The notes under the pieces: model-generated
The model's database searches: none
What the model was told of the DNA's origin: nothing
The model's input: the letters and a program-made list of their open reading frames with translations, nothing else
Program-made: the position numbers and the translations under genes
Shown: piece after piece, positions 40,005 to 52,520 of the stretch
Numbering within the stretch: position 1 is the stretch's first letter
How the letters are laid out: each line of letters begins with the position of its first letter
From: Octopus bimaculoides
Taxonomy: Eukaryota
Reading direction: 5' to 3'
NCBI RefSeq assembly: GCF_001194135.2
Contig: NC_068981.1
Coordinates: 27,091,210 to 27,155,209 of the forward strand
DNA: 64,000 bases

Positions 40005-42109
40005 AATACAGGAAAAATAAATAAATAAAACATGACTGAAAGATTTGATGGTCTTATAAATTGCTTACTTGCAGTTCTTTTCAATTAGAAACAAAAATTA
40101 TGCTTTATGCTGAAAGTCATTTGTTTCTTTATTCTAAAAGTGTTTAATAAATCTATGTACCATGTAGAATAGTAAAAATACGCTTTTTCTCAATGTATTT
40201 GGCCATTGCATTGCAATATTCCTTAAATTCATTACTTTCTCTTGAGGTTATTCTCTAATCTTTTTTCTCTTCTCCAACAGACACGCTTTATTGAAGAAAT
40301 CCCATACTGCATTGAAATAATTCTCGTCAGATTTTTTTTCCTTCAAATACCTTCAATGCAAAATAAAGTTAGCTTTTGTTGCCATACATACAGAATACGT
40401 TCTAACTATTCTCCTTTTCAAATTATTATTTACATCAGATTATATATTTCACTAATCTTAGGTCTCCCAGAAAATCAGAAGCAAAACAAAAAAAAAAAAA
40501 AAAAAAANNNNNNNNNNATTTTCGGTTAATAAAACAACAGTAACTTTAGAATGCAGAGCATAATCATATTTAGACTTTAATACGTCTCCACTTTTGAATT
40601 AGATTTTAAGATGCGTTAAGTAATCACAGTTTGGTGAAAGAAGGATGGACAATGTCGATATAAAAAAAAAAAATGTAAATAATATTAAAATACCTACGAA
40701 ACAATAATAAAAATTCTGAGTGTATTTTATCAAGGATTTGCATTGAAATGCTTATATGATGTTTTCTTTTGCTTCTCATTTTATTCTATCCTTTTCATTT
40801 TTTCATTGGTGGGGGGGGGGCAAAGATGGAGATTGTACAAGACAAGACGTTGTTGCAAGGAACATCATCAAGTTCGGATCGTGTTTTATCTATTTTAATT
40901 CTATCGCGTATGATAAAGTTTATTTTCTGCTGTTTTTTTCGATGGTGTTGTTGATTTTGTAGTCGCCCTGGATGCAATCAAGCCTTGCAACGTCAATGGT
41001 ATCATTGTCGCCATGATGGCGTATCGCTGGTGAAGGATAGAAAGAATTATTCTCTTCAGCGAGTAGCGTTCCACATGTCGCAGATTTTGATCGGTTTGAA
41101 AATACTGACAGCAGAAGTGGAACGGAATGCAATTTCTGAGAAATGATTCGTTTCTGTACTTTTTTTCCCCATATTTTTGTTTCTTTTTTTTCTTTTCAAA
41201 ACATGGGCAGCACCGAAGAAATTATAAGAACGAAACGAAAAGAAAAATAAATGCAAAATTATTTGCAAACATCTAAATAGCAACAGAAAACATAAGCTTA
41301 GGTTTGGAAGTGAAGGAAAACAAGAAAGCAAAGAATAAATATACTAAAAAATGCAGTACAAAGAAAATAAAAAACCTGAACTTGGAATTGTGTAAAAAAG
41401 AAATGAAAAAAAGTATAAATGACAGAGAATATAAAAAAGAAACTTGGAAAGACAAAAAGAATTTAAAAAATACATACATGCATACACATACACATGAACA
41501 TATATCGATGTCCATATATACATCTATATATAAATATATATGTATATATCGCTACACACATACATACATACAATACATACATTCATACATATATATATAT
41601 ATATANNNNNNNNNNNNNNNNNNNNNNNNNNNNNNNNNNNNNNNNNNNNNNNNNNNNNNNNNNNNNNNNNNNNNNNNNNNNNNNNNNNNNNNNNNNNNNN
41701 NNNNNNNNNNNNNNNNNNNNNNNNNNNNNNNNNNNNNNNNNNNNNNNNNNNNNNNNNNNNNNNNNNNNNNNNNNATATATATATATATATATATATACAT
41801 ATAGGGGAGAGAGATAGAAGATAACTAGATATAGACAAAGAGATCGATACACAGAAAGATTGATAAGTTAGTAGATAGAAGTGATGGCATGCAGTTTTTG
41901 CAAAAAATAAGAATATGAGTAAGAAAGATGAATTGATGGGAGGGAGATGATACCGAGAATAGAATAAACAAAAATTAGAGGTAAGAATAGAAGAAAAAAG
42001 AAAGGAATAATGTTATCTAGACAGAAGGACAACACTGATAATTATTACGATGATAATTACGATGATATTCATAATGCAACTGATAATACTAATAATAATG
42101 ATAATTATT

Positions 42110-42983
<874 letters not shown>

Positions 42984-42985
<2 letters not shown>

Positions 42986-43358
42986 ACAATAGTGAACAAG
43001 TGTTTCCACTGAGCCGCATCTGCAATAGAGTGGATGAAATCATTGCCCATATCACGAACGAATGCCTTGGAGTTGCCCAAAACTACTACAAGTTGTGGCG
43101 ATACGATCAAGTAGCGAAAGTGCTACATTGGAACCTGTGCGAAAAGTGAGGACTAGAGAGAGGCAAGATGTGGTATGAGCACAAACAGCAGAGAGTGGCG
43201 AAGTCGGAGACTAGCAAAATCTTCTGCGATTTCCAAATCCAAACAGATCAGATGCTAGAGCATAGCATGCTGCTGTAGGCTACAGCTAGCAAGCTCGCTA
43301 CGCATGTAAGACTCCAGGAGCTACAACAAAACCTGTGATGAAGAGAAATAATAACAAT
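42984..43358 (+). mobile_element. Second R4/Dong-clade 3' fragment with TAA-like tail
   Basis: (S)RICNRVDEIIAHITNEC (CCHC knuckle, first C mutated), RYDQVAKVLHWNLCEK, WYEH, KIFCDFQIQTD..EH; tail ctccag..ctgtga..aataataacaat resembles the 22138 copy. Confidence 0.85.
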
Positions 43359-43646
43359 CGTATTTTCTTTATTAGCTACAAGTGCCGACCACAAAACTAA
43401 AAAGGCAAAAGAAGACAAGAGATATGTGGGACTTAGCACAAAAATTATTGTATAAAAATAAAACAAGAATAGTTAACAACAAAAATTCAACAACAAAATT
43501 CCCCATCAGTGTGGAGTTACACCCAGGAGCAACCAAAGAACACCACACATCCTGGTTATACCTACCGCCAGAGGAACCTCAGCAGGTGTCTCCCTTTTTC
43601 TCAACCTCTGCGGCTTACAAGCGGATATTCGGAGTAGGCCTTTTCA

Positions 43647-43700
43647 CACCAGAATCACACACCTCACCAGAATCACACGCCTCACCAGAATCACGCACCT
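43647..43700 (+). repeat. 3 x 18-bp tandem repeat (caccagaatcacacacct)
   Basis: Units start at 43647, 43665 and 43683, each one substitution from the first. Confidence 0.9.
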
Positions 43701-43884
43701 TTCAACAAAACAGTTGTGGTGTGGCAATACTTCCATTCTCAGCCTCACACTCATTTTCAAGTAGAACGTGAAAACGTTATGAGGTCTTCGCTGAAGAGGA
43801 AAGTATCTCTCTTCGATCCGTTCAACCTCGTCCACCACACTATCTCTTAGGTCATAACCACTAAGTATAAGGAAACTGGCTTAC

Positions 43885-44021
43885 CTTCTCGCCCAAAGAA
43901 GTCGGTGAGACGATCTTCACGTAGGACGAATCCAGTTATAAGACGAGTATATAGACTGGTAATCGGATCCGTCCTACAAGCGTCAGCAGCTGTTCGATAA
44001 AGCTCAGCAAATCAGCATTGC
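43885..44021 (-). CDS. Candidate exon 3 (137 nt) with in-frame TGA
   Basis: Acceptor ttttcattttgtacAG, donor aag|GTAAGC. The frame compatible with exon 4 reads QC*FAELYRTAADACRTDPITSLYTRLITGFVLREDRLTDFFGRE. All three frames contain at least one stop. Confidence 0.7.
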
Positions 44022-44439
44022 CTGTACAAAATGAAAATGTTTATTGGAAAAGGCTATATTCTTTTACAGAAGTTGGCACGCATTTTAGCATAAACACAAC
44101 AAAACGATATTCAATAAAACTGTCATTACATTTGATTAGTGCAGTTACGTCTCCCAAAGCGGATGAAATCATTGATCAGTAGATCATTTATGTTTACCAC
44201 AACGTCCTTCATAACAGATTTTAATGCGTATGGAAGTTGAAATAGGGGAGCTAGGAGATCTAGGATGTTAAATGTTATGGGTGACATGAACATGGAAATT
44301 TTCGGCCATCCACTCTTGGGACGTGCAAGCTTTGTTTGATGGAGCAGATTCTTGCTGGAGTCATGACTAAGAATATTGAGCCGGGAGTTGCTATAGCGAG
44401 TGGGTGACTGAAATTACGACACACACACATACCCAAGAA

Positions 44440-44620
44440 CGGTCAGTCTCCTTTTTAACTTCACTCATATTGCTGGATCTCATTTGCTACTGAGTGGACA
44501 GGAACAATGCGAAACGTCATGTCTTCTTCAAGAATACAACACAAAAGTCAATTCTAGATTCGAAACTACAATCTTAGAATCCTGAGGGTAACACCATATC
44601 TACTAAGCCATGGGTCTTCA
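44440..44620 (-). mobile_element. Decayed family D SINE fragment
   Basis: caagaatacaacac..gattcgaaactacaa..ctaagccatg parallels 36690-36775. Confidence 0.6.
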
Positions 44621-45341
44621 TTATCCGATAAAATTGGAATACAAATGGTTCGTGTCACCATACGCAGTTGAGGTTATCTTTCGGGCGACCCGATATATAA
44701 AATAGTTTACAGTGTATATTTGAATAAAGCACTTTAACGATAATATCACCGTTGGCAGATTTCAGTTCTATGCCAAAGGCAAGATTAATTAAGTACATTT
44801 TCAATTCTTTTCACCTTAAATTCTGTTTTAATCTCATCTCATTTTGTAAAATTTATGAGATGACACATGTTGCTGTTATTTTTATTTTCAGTTGTATTAT
44901 GTACATTCCTACACTCTAGGCCAGAATTTCATGACCAACTTAGACGATGAAGTCTAACAAATACAATACATTTAACAGATCATGTCTCTGACGATCAACA
45001 AACTTTCATCTAAATTTGAAATACTAGTGTCGCTTTCAGTTATGTTTGCAGGTCTTCGTCGAGTTTTCTATATTCGTGTTTGTTTTTCATCGTTTCATTA
45101 GTTCATGCCAATCTATAGAATGTACAAGACTGGCAGCTGATAATAAATTATGCATACTCATTTGAACAAATATATAAAGATTTGAAATAAAGAAGGTGGT
45201 GCAACAAGACGTGGAAGAGTAGAGTTAAGAGAAGAAGACGACAACATTAACTCTACTATTCTTTATAATGATGATTTTCGTCAACAATAAAACAACAACA
45301 ATGATAACTGTAGTAGTAGAATTATTATTATCATTATTATT

Positions 45342-45884
45342 CAGAGAGCAAAGCATGCCATCAAAGTGACACAAGTAAAATATACGAAGCCCATTATACC
45401 CAGCATGACTATCCGTCTGATAAGGGTACACCAGGCACATGCATCACAACCAAATGTGCGCGACATGGTGATCTCATATCAAGACAAACAGCGCATGACC
45501 TCACAGGTGGGACCCAGTTAGAATTTTCTTCAGGTCGAGTAGCCCATCCCGCTCAAAAAGTCTCTGAATAAGGTTTATTTAAGGATGTTGAGCAACACAC
45601 CCATGTTTCCAAAGGTGAATTATTCAAACCCAAAGAAGTCCTCTTAACACATGGCTATGATGATCCCCCACTACTTATACTCATGATCAGAAATACACAT
45701 ATCGTCAGCCACCAAGGGACATGCTCAACTGGTTACGGTCAAACAACTGACAAGCAAATCTGTGGTATTAAGCATAATATTTGCTGTAATCCATCTTTTA
45801 TACCAAGGCAAAACAATGTACATGATAACATTTCCTATCAATTAAGATCAGAAGCCATGAGAGCCACTGCCTGGTACTGCATCC
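45342..45884. mobile_element. Unclassified 540-bp GC-richer insertion bounded by (ATT)n on both sides
   Basis: Sharp composition change with trinucleotide arrays at both junctions; no recognisable coding motif; only one copy in the window. Confidence 0.55.
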
Positions 45885-45890
45885 TTTTAT

Positions 45891-45998
<108 letters not shown>

Positions 45999-46028
45999 CA
46001 TCATCATCATCATCATTATTATTATTAT

Positions 46029-46059
<31 letters not shown>

Positions 46060-46084
46060 AATATTATTATTATTATTATTATTA

Positions 46085-46123
<39 letters not shown>

Positions 46124-46125
<2 letters not shown>

Positions 46126-46325
46126 GAAACGATAGCACGCCGGGTGAAATGCTTAACGGTATTTCTTTTGTCTTTATGTTCTGAGTTCAAATTCCTCCGA
46201 GGTCGACTTTACCTTTCATCCTTTTGGGGTCGATTGAATAAGTACCAGTTAAGCACGGGGGTCGATGTAATCGACCAGTCTCATGCTCACAAATTTGAAG
46301 CCTTGTGCCTGCAGTTGAGAGGATT
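46124..46325 (+). mobile_element. SINE family B copy directly after an (ATT)n array
   Basis: ctgagttcaaattcctccgaggtcgactttacctttcatcc. Confidence 0.85.
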
Positions 46326-46363
46326 ATTTTTATTATTATCATTGTTAGTAGTGGTAGTAGCAA

Positions 46364-46420
<57 letters not shown>

Positions 46421-46890
46421 CGATACTCATAAAGACGATGATGACGATTATGATGACAATACTGATATGTGTGGAAGATGATGAAAAAGGGGAGAGGCAA
46501 AAGTGAACAACAACACTAACAAAGGCGATAGAGGAAAAGATGAACGAATAACAGAATACGTCAAAGGTATCCACACTGTAAATACATAACACACACATAC
46601 ACGCACGCATACACACCGATGCTCGTACAGGTACATATACACACAACGTATACGAGCACGCAATAAATGTTAACGCACACGCATTAAGCTCAAAATATAC
46701 ATACATGCAGCCTTACGCATCCTCACGCAATACATAGCGCTAGCAATCACACATACACATCCAAAGCCTTGTTCCTGCACACATACACACTCGCACACTG
46801 AAACACACGCACACATACACACACACATACACACATACACACACACATACACACACACCCACACACACACACACACACGCATGCACGCAC

Positions 46891-47030
46891 GCTAGATGTT
46901 CAATTATTGTTCGTCCGTCCGTCACACGGCCACTTCTGCTCCAGGATGTGTGCGCGTGCTTGTGAAAATTGAATATCCTTCCGCTCTGGTAAAATGAACC
47001 ACATAGCGCCTTTCTGAACAGGAGGAAGGA
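46891..47030 (-). CDS. Candidate exon 2 (140 nt)
   Basis: Strong acceptor tttatgtttttgttagcattcAG, weaker donor gc|GTGCGT. Phase-0 frame SFLLFRKALCGSFYQSGRIFNFHKHAHTSWSRSGRVTDGRTIIEHL is open and ends in phase 2. Phase-1 frame LPPVQKGAMWFILPERKDIQFSQARAHILEQKWPCDGRTNNN* joins TIIEHLA if one GACG unit (46912-46923) is removed. Confidence 0.6.
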
Positions 47031-47073
47031 CTGAATGCTAACAAAAACATAAATAAATAAATAAATATACACC

Positions 47074-47149
<76 letters not shown>

Positions 47150-47238
47150 CGACAACAACAACAACAACAACAACAACAGCAACAAACAGAACGATAACGA
47201 TAACTGCACCAATATTAATAATAGTGGGAATAATAATG

Positions 47239-47310
<72 letters not shown>

Positions 47311-47639
47311 CGTTCAGGAGCATGATGATAAAGGTAATAATAGCAACACAGTATATGAAAGCTGAAAATAAACGTGGCCGTGTGCAAAAGATGGTAAACT
47401 TACTGCTCATTCGAACTCTTATTTATTTTGGTTCAGACAGCTCCGGTTGATTTCCGGAGTTTGTGAACTGTCGAAGATCGAAGTATTTAACTGGTAATTC
47501 TCATTCCCTAGATATCGTTCCCAAGAAATCCATAGACCATAGAGCAAAGCGAGTTGCATCCTCAGATAAGTTCAACTGTTTGCTTACTCTTAGACATTTT
47601 GTTTTCTATCGTTTTGTCTTTTTATTGGTATTTTGCTTC

Positions 47640-47695
<56 letters not shown>

Positions 47696-47700
47696 TACTA

Positions 47701-47758
<58 letters not shown>

Positions 47759-48089
47759 CTTTACCATTATCTTTTATTTTATTTATGATTTTCTTTTTGT
47801 GCTTTTCTTTTTACTTTCACATCCTCCAAAGCAAATAATTATTACTGATGTTGGAAGTATTTAAAGGCTTGGTTCAGCTGAATGCAGTGATGAGTATTGC
47901 GTTATACTTCTATAACACACGCAGATGAACATACAAACATGGAAACATAAATACATAGTATAAACATACGCTCATAAATGTATACATACATACACACACG
48001 CACATAAACACACACATGTTGTAGAAAGGTATATATCTTTACACATGCATCTGCACAAAACCAATACACACAAACTTTCATGCGTATAT

Positions 48090-48266
48090 GTATACATATA
48101 TCTATCTATCTATCTATATATTATATATATATATATATGTATACATATATCTATCTATCTATATATATATATATATATATGTATACATATATCTATCTAT
48201 CTATCTATATATTATATATATATATATATGTATACATATATCTATCTATCTATCTATATATTATAT
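48090..48266 (+). repeat. Higher-order minisatellite built from microsatellites (units about 49, 42, 49 bp)
   Basis: gtatacatatatctatc recurs at 48090, 48139, 48181 and 48230. Confidence 0.9.
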
Positions 48267-49300
48267 NNNNNNNNNNNNNNNNNNNNNNNNNNNNNNNNNN
48301 NNNNNNNNNNNNNNNNNNNNNNNNNNNNNNNNNNNNNNNNNNNNNNNNNNNNNNNNNNNNTATATATATATATATATATATACATGTAGAAGGACTTTCT
48401 TAAAGATTATTATTTACATTAAAAAAGTATTTTGTCAAAGACTTTATGAAATGAATTTACCGTGAAAAGTTATATAACTCTCCTCATTATAAGTTGTAAA
48501 CAGTAACAGATATTCGAAAATTCACAGTCCTAGAAACAATAAGATCTTACATTTTGCGAAACGGAGCTTAATTCTGCAGCCACCTTCTTACACATTCTTA
48601 AACCAGTCAGAAATACTTTTAAGAAAGATGATATTCATATTAGAAGAAATAAAACAGGTAACAAAATGCAGATACCTATGTTTTGCTTTTAATACGTGAA
48701 CAAATTAAAATCATAAAACTCATTAATGCGAAGGCATTGAAGATTAACGCCAATATGTATAAGAAAACAAAGCGTGTCACTCAGTGTATTATCTGCCTAC
48801 AGTGAATTTAGAATTATATCGACTGAACGGGATCAAAATCAATACATAAGTAACAAGTCAAAGATTGATATATTAGAAACGCTAAGTATTGTGGTCATCT
48901 TCACAAGTGTGCAAATGGAAAACTCAAAATAGTCATTCTTTCTTTTTATTAAAATATCACCGACGAAAGGCTTAACGAGAATAACTTTTTGGAGAATTCG
49001 AAATTCGAAGCTAAACTAGAAATGGTTAACAAAGCAACAAAACGCAACGACCTCTATACAGCCTGGTTTATAACAGGGGTGTGTGAAAAGCTGAAAATAA
49101 CGAAACGTGCTTAACACAACACGAAAACTTCTTATTTAATGTGTTTTGGATCGTTTTGTTAGTATGCAATTATGTGCTTTGACAGCAGCATTAAACAGTT
49201 TAGCTCTTATTTCTAGCAATTTAGGTGTTTCTAATAACACTCTAGTCATATTTAGTGACAGTTTTCCTTTTTAGTAAAACATTGCACACCACCGTCTAGG

Positions 49301-49350
<50 letters not shown>

Positions 49351-49356
<6 letters not shown>

Positions 49357-50639
49357 GCGGTGGATAAGTTGTCACGCTTTCATATTTTTTATTTCGTGCA
49401 TGCGCATTGTTTGTTTTAGATTTTCTCTACTACACATTATAATGAAGTTAGCTGGGCACCGTCTGTCAGAAAAACAGCATCATGCCACAATTAACACAGT
49501 CAGAAATTTGGAAATGACATGCTGTTCTGCTTGGCATTCGCGCTGGAAGCTCCAATACGAACATTTGAGAGTGCTTGGGTGTCAATCTGAGGACAGTACA
49601 GCTGATTCGGAAAGAGTTGGATGAGTCTAACGGTGATCACAAAGGCACGGCCGCTCGGAAAACTCACTCTGATCGTTCTGATAAGAAAAAACTTCTGAAT
49701 TTGTTGGTTAGATCCAGGCTATGATTGACGACGATCTCTCCAAGTCAATCAGGTCCATCGCCAGGGACATTGCAATGTTTGAGTTTCTTATCAGTCAGGG
49801 AGCGCATGAAAAAAATTCGGTACTCCTCATACGAACTGAAAATGGGCCAATTTTTATCCCAAGCCATGAAGGACAAGAAGAAAGACCGCGCTACGAAGCT
49901 TTTAAGCAAACTCAAGCATCCCCTCCAACCAAACATGATTTCGTTTTTCTCAGACGAGAAACCTTTCTGCCAGGATTAGATGATAAACATAGAGAACAAC
50001 CGTTGGTTAGCTTCGTCCCCAAAGCATGTACCGTGAGTGATAAAAATCAAACATCCGGTCAACATCATGGTGTTTGGAGTGATTACTAGTTGTGGCGATG
50101 TTATGCTTCTATTCATTTTCCCACACGGCCTCATACTCAATATCGAGGCTTTCATCAAGTGCATGGTGAAGGTAGTACTGCTATGGGTCAAGAGGGAAGC
50201 TGCTGGAACACCTTATGTTTGGCAAAAGAACTCTGTACCATGCCAGACAAGCAAAAGAACCTAGTCATGGCTGTCAGACAATTTATGCAACCACATCACA
50301 CCTAGCATCTGGCCTAACTCCCCAGATTGCAACCCTGTTGACTATTATCTTTGGGGCGCAGTTGAGCGAGAGACCAACAAAACTCCTTGTAATTCAAAGC
50401 AAGAATTATGGCATCATTCACAAACTTAAACACGGAGACGGTCCAGAAGATTTGCAGGAGATTCAGAAGACGTGTGGGGGCTGTGCTTGAAGCCATTCAA
50501 GATTTTTACTGAATGAATATACTATTTCGTATTTGAAGATATTTTAATGTAATTTTCGTAAATATATCTGTTAAAATGAGATGTCAGTGTTATTTTCATC
50601 TGTACGTAATTTAGACGACAATTTATTCACTGCACCTTG
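49351..50639 (+). mobile_element. Near-full-length decayed maT/DD37D-like Tc1-mariner transposon inserted in (TA)n
   Basis: ITRs tagggtgcggtggataagttgtc / reverse complement caaggtgcagtgaataaattgtc (18/23); TA flanks; FSDEK, MVFGVITSCGDVM, WQKNSVPC..WPNSPDCNPVDYYLWG. Second D is N here and spacing is 36, so DD37D assumes one lost codon. Confidence 0.85.
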
Positions 50640-51329
50640 TATATATATATATATATATNNNNNNNNNNNNNNNNNNNNNNNNNNNNNNNNNNNNNNNNNN
50701 NNNNNNNNNNNNNNNNNNNNNNNNNNNNNNNNNNNNNNNNNNNNNNNNNNNNNNNNNNNNNNNNNNNNNNNNNNNNNNNNNNNNNNNNNNNNNNNNNNNN
50801 NNNNNNNNNNNNNNNNNNNNNNNNNNNNNNNNNNNNNNNNNNNNNNNNNNNNNNNNNNNNNNNNNNNNNNNNNNNNNNNNNNNNNNNNNNNNNNNNNNNN
50901 NNNNNNNNNNNNNNNNNNNNNNNNNNNNATATGTACAGAGACAAAGTCAGAGACAGACTGACTGTAGTAGTTTTATTCTGCCAGTTACATGATCTTTTAC
51001 TTTAAAATTCCCAGCACTTATACAATCAAAAAGCACACATTTCCAAACATACTCATATACAAAGAGAAGAAAATCACAAAAATACAAAATCTGAATTCAC
51101 CCACGTACATATGTACACCCATATAAACAACCATAGGCACACCACACAAATACGTATATGTACACACAACGCATACAGACTCTCTTTTTCTATCTGTTAC
51201 ACATACACAAACATAATTTTCCAAAGAGTAACATCGTGACTTCAGAATTTAGTTCAGTCTGTTCCACTATTATTCAATAAATTAATCACAACACAGGTAC
51301 AAAAGATTAATTTGATATCAGCTGTTTTA

Positions 51330-52520
51330 TCTTTGCTTCCATATCTTTAGTCAATATTGACGATAAGTTACTTTGCAGATTTTTGGCAAGGAGGATGTAA
51401 ACGAAGTTGGCTTGGCCTTACTGTTTCCTTGGACTCTCAGGATATCTGGAATTTGACCACATGATATGGAACTAGCTTCAGCATACTACAAGTAGAATCA
51501 GGGATATCCTATCTAAGCTGTCAAACTATATGTTCTACTCCACATCATGTACCCCAGTTCTTTATTTGTATAGTTTATTATCACACAGAAGTGTTTATAT
51601 CACACATAATTTTATGGTCAGCTGTCAACAGTTTGAATTTGCTCTGATGGTGGAGAAAATAATTTTTACCGAACTTCGTTATGGTGCAAATATTAACAAA
51701 CTGCAATTGTTTATTACCAAGGAACGCTGATCCGATGATTTTTAGATATGTCATCAGCGCTATGACAGTATTGCAAACATAAGAGGTCTCTTCTAACTGT
51801 ACTGCATTAGCTATTTCTGCAATATTGACACTTATCAAAGGTGAGAAACATCGTTACCGATTTACAATTCAGAGATTACTCTTAACTTACCTTTGAATTG
51901 TAAAATAGTTAACGATTTTCGCGCTTATGGCAAGAGAACGGAGTTCACCCTGATCATAGAGGAAACTATAAGGAGTCTTGTGACACTATATTCCGTCTGT
52001 TTACAACTGCTATTTTGCAGAATGCTCAATGAGTCGTCTTATCAACATCCTGTATGGCAAAAGCTTCATGCGACTCTTAATGCGCAATAATGTTAAGATA
52101 AAGTGGCAAGAATGGGGAAAATATGTGCTAGCAAGTGCCTGGTAGATGCCATTTTGCCTCGCGAGAATCAGTGTGTGTGGTGGCATTGGGGAAATCGAGC
52201 TCCTGGGTAAGGAATTTTAGAAGAAAATACCTGCTACTACATTCTGCTACAGAATTAGATGGAGCCAGCAAATAATGAGAAGTCAATATTCTGTAGAATT
52301 TTGTGAGAGCCATCAGTTCTCTCTCTTTAGCTTTGTTTCTTCCTTTTTGATTTCTGTATGCCGTTTTATAAATTTTCTGAATATGCGGATTATACAATAT
52401 TTAATTGATTTACATATAGCAGAAAGTGGCAGCCAGAATTTATTATTCAAATTGCTCCAACAGGATTTAAAGCTCCTTTCGATACTCCTGGCATTGTGCC
52501 TAAATCAGAAAGCCTTATTA
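51330..52520 (-). mobile_element. Heavily decayed Penelope-like RT
   Basis: Remnants in order: ILATL.., NYF/QFKGK, ADDI, SISCGQ...LRV, consistent with PLE RT and thumb motifs. Confidence 0.45.

Noticed and set aside
44130-44407. 93-codon open frame after a minus-strand AG, just upstream of exon 3
   Set aside because: The neighbouring frame shows HP...RICS, a Penelope thumb-like remnant, and no donor gives the phase needed for exon 3.
45665-45880. Short matches to U1 snRNA (taccaggcagtgg; gtagtggggga) in the 540-bp element
   Set aside because: Matches are short and spaced about 200 nt apart, much more than in U1, with no intervening similarity.
47404-47470. Minus-strand donor GTAAGT at 47403 with ATGAGCA before it
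   Set aside because: All frames from the nearest acceptor contain stops; splicing to exon 3 gives only a 30-aa peptide. A non-coding alternative first exon is not excluded.
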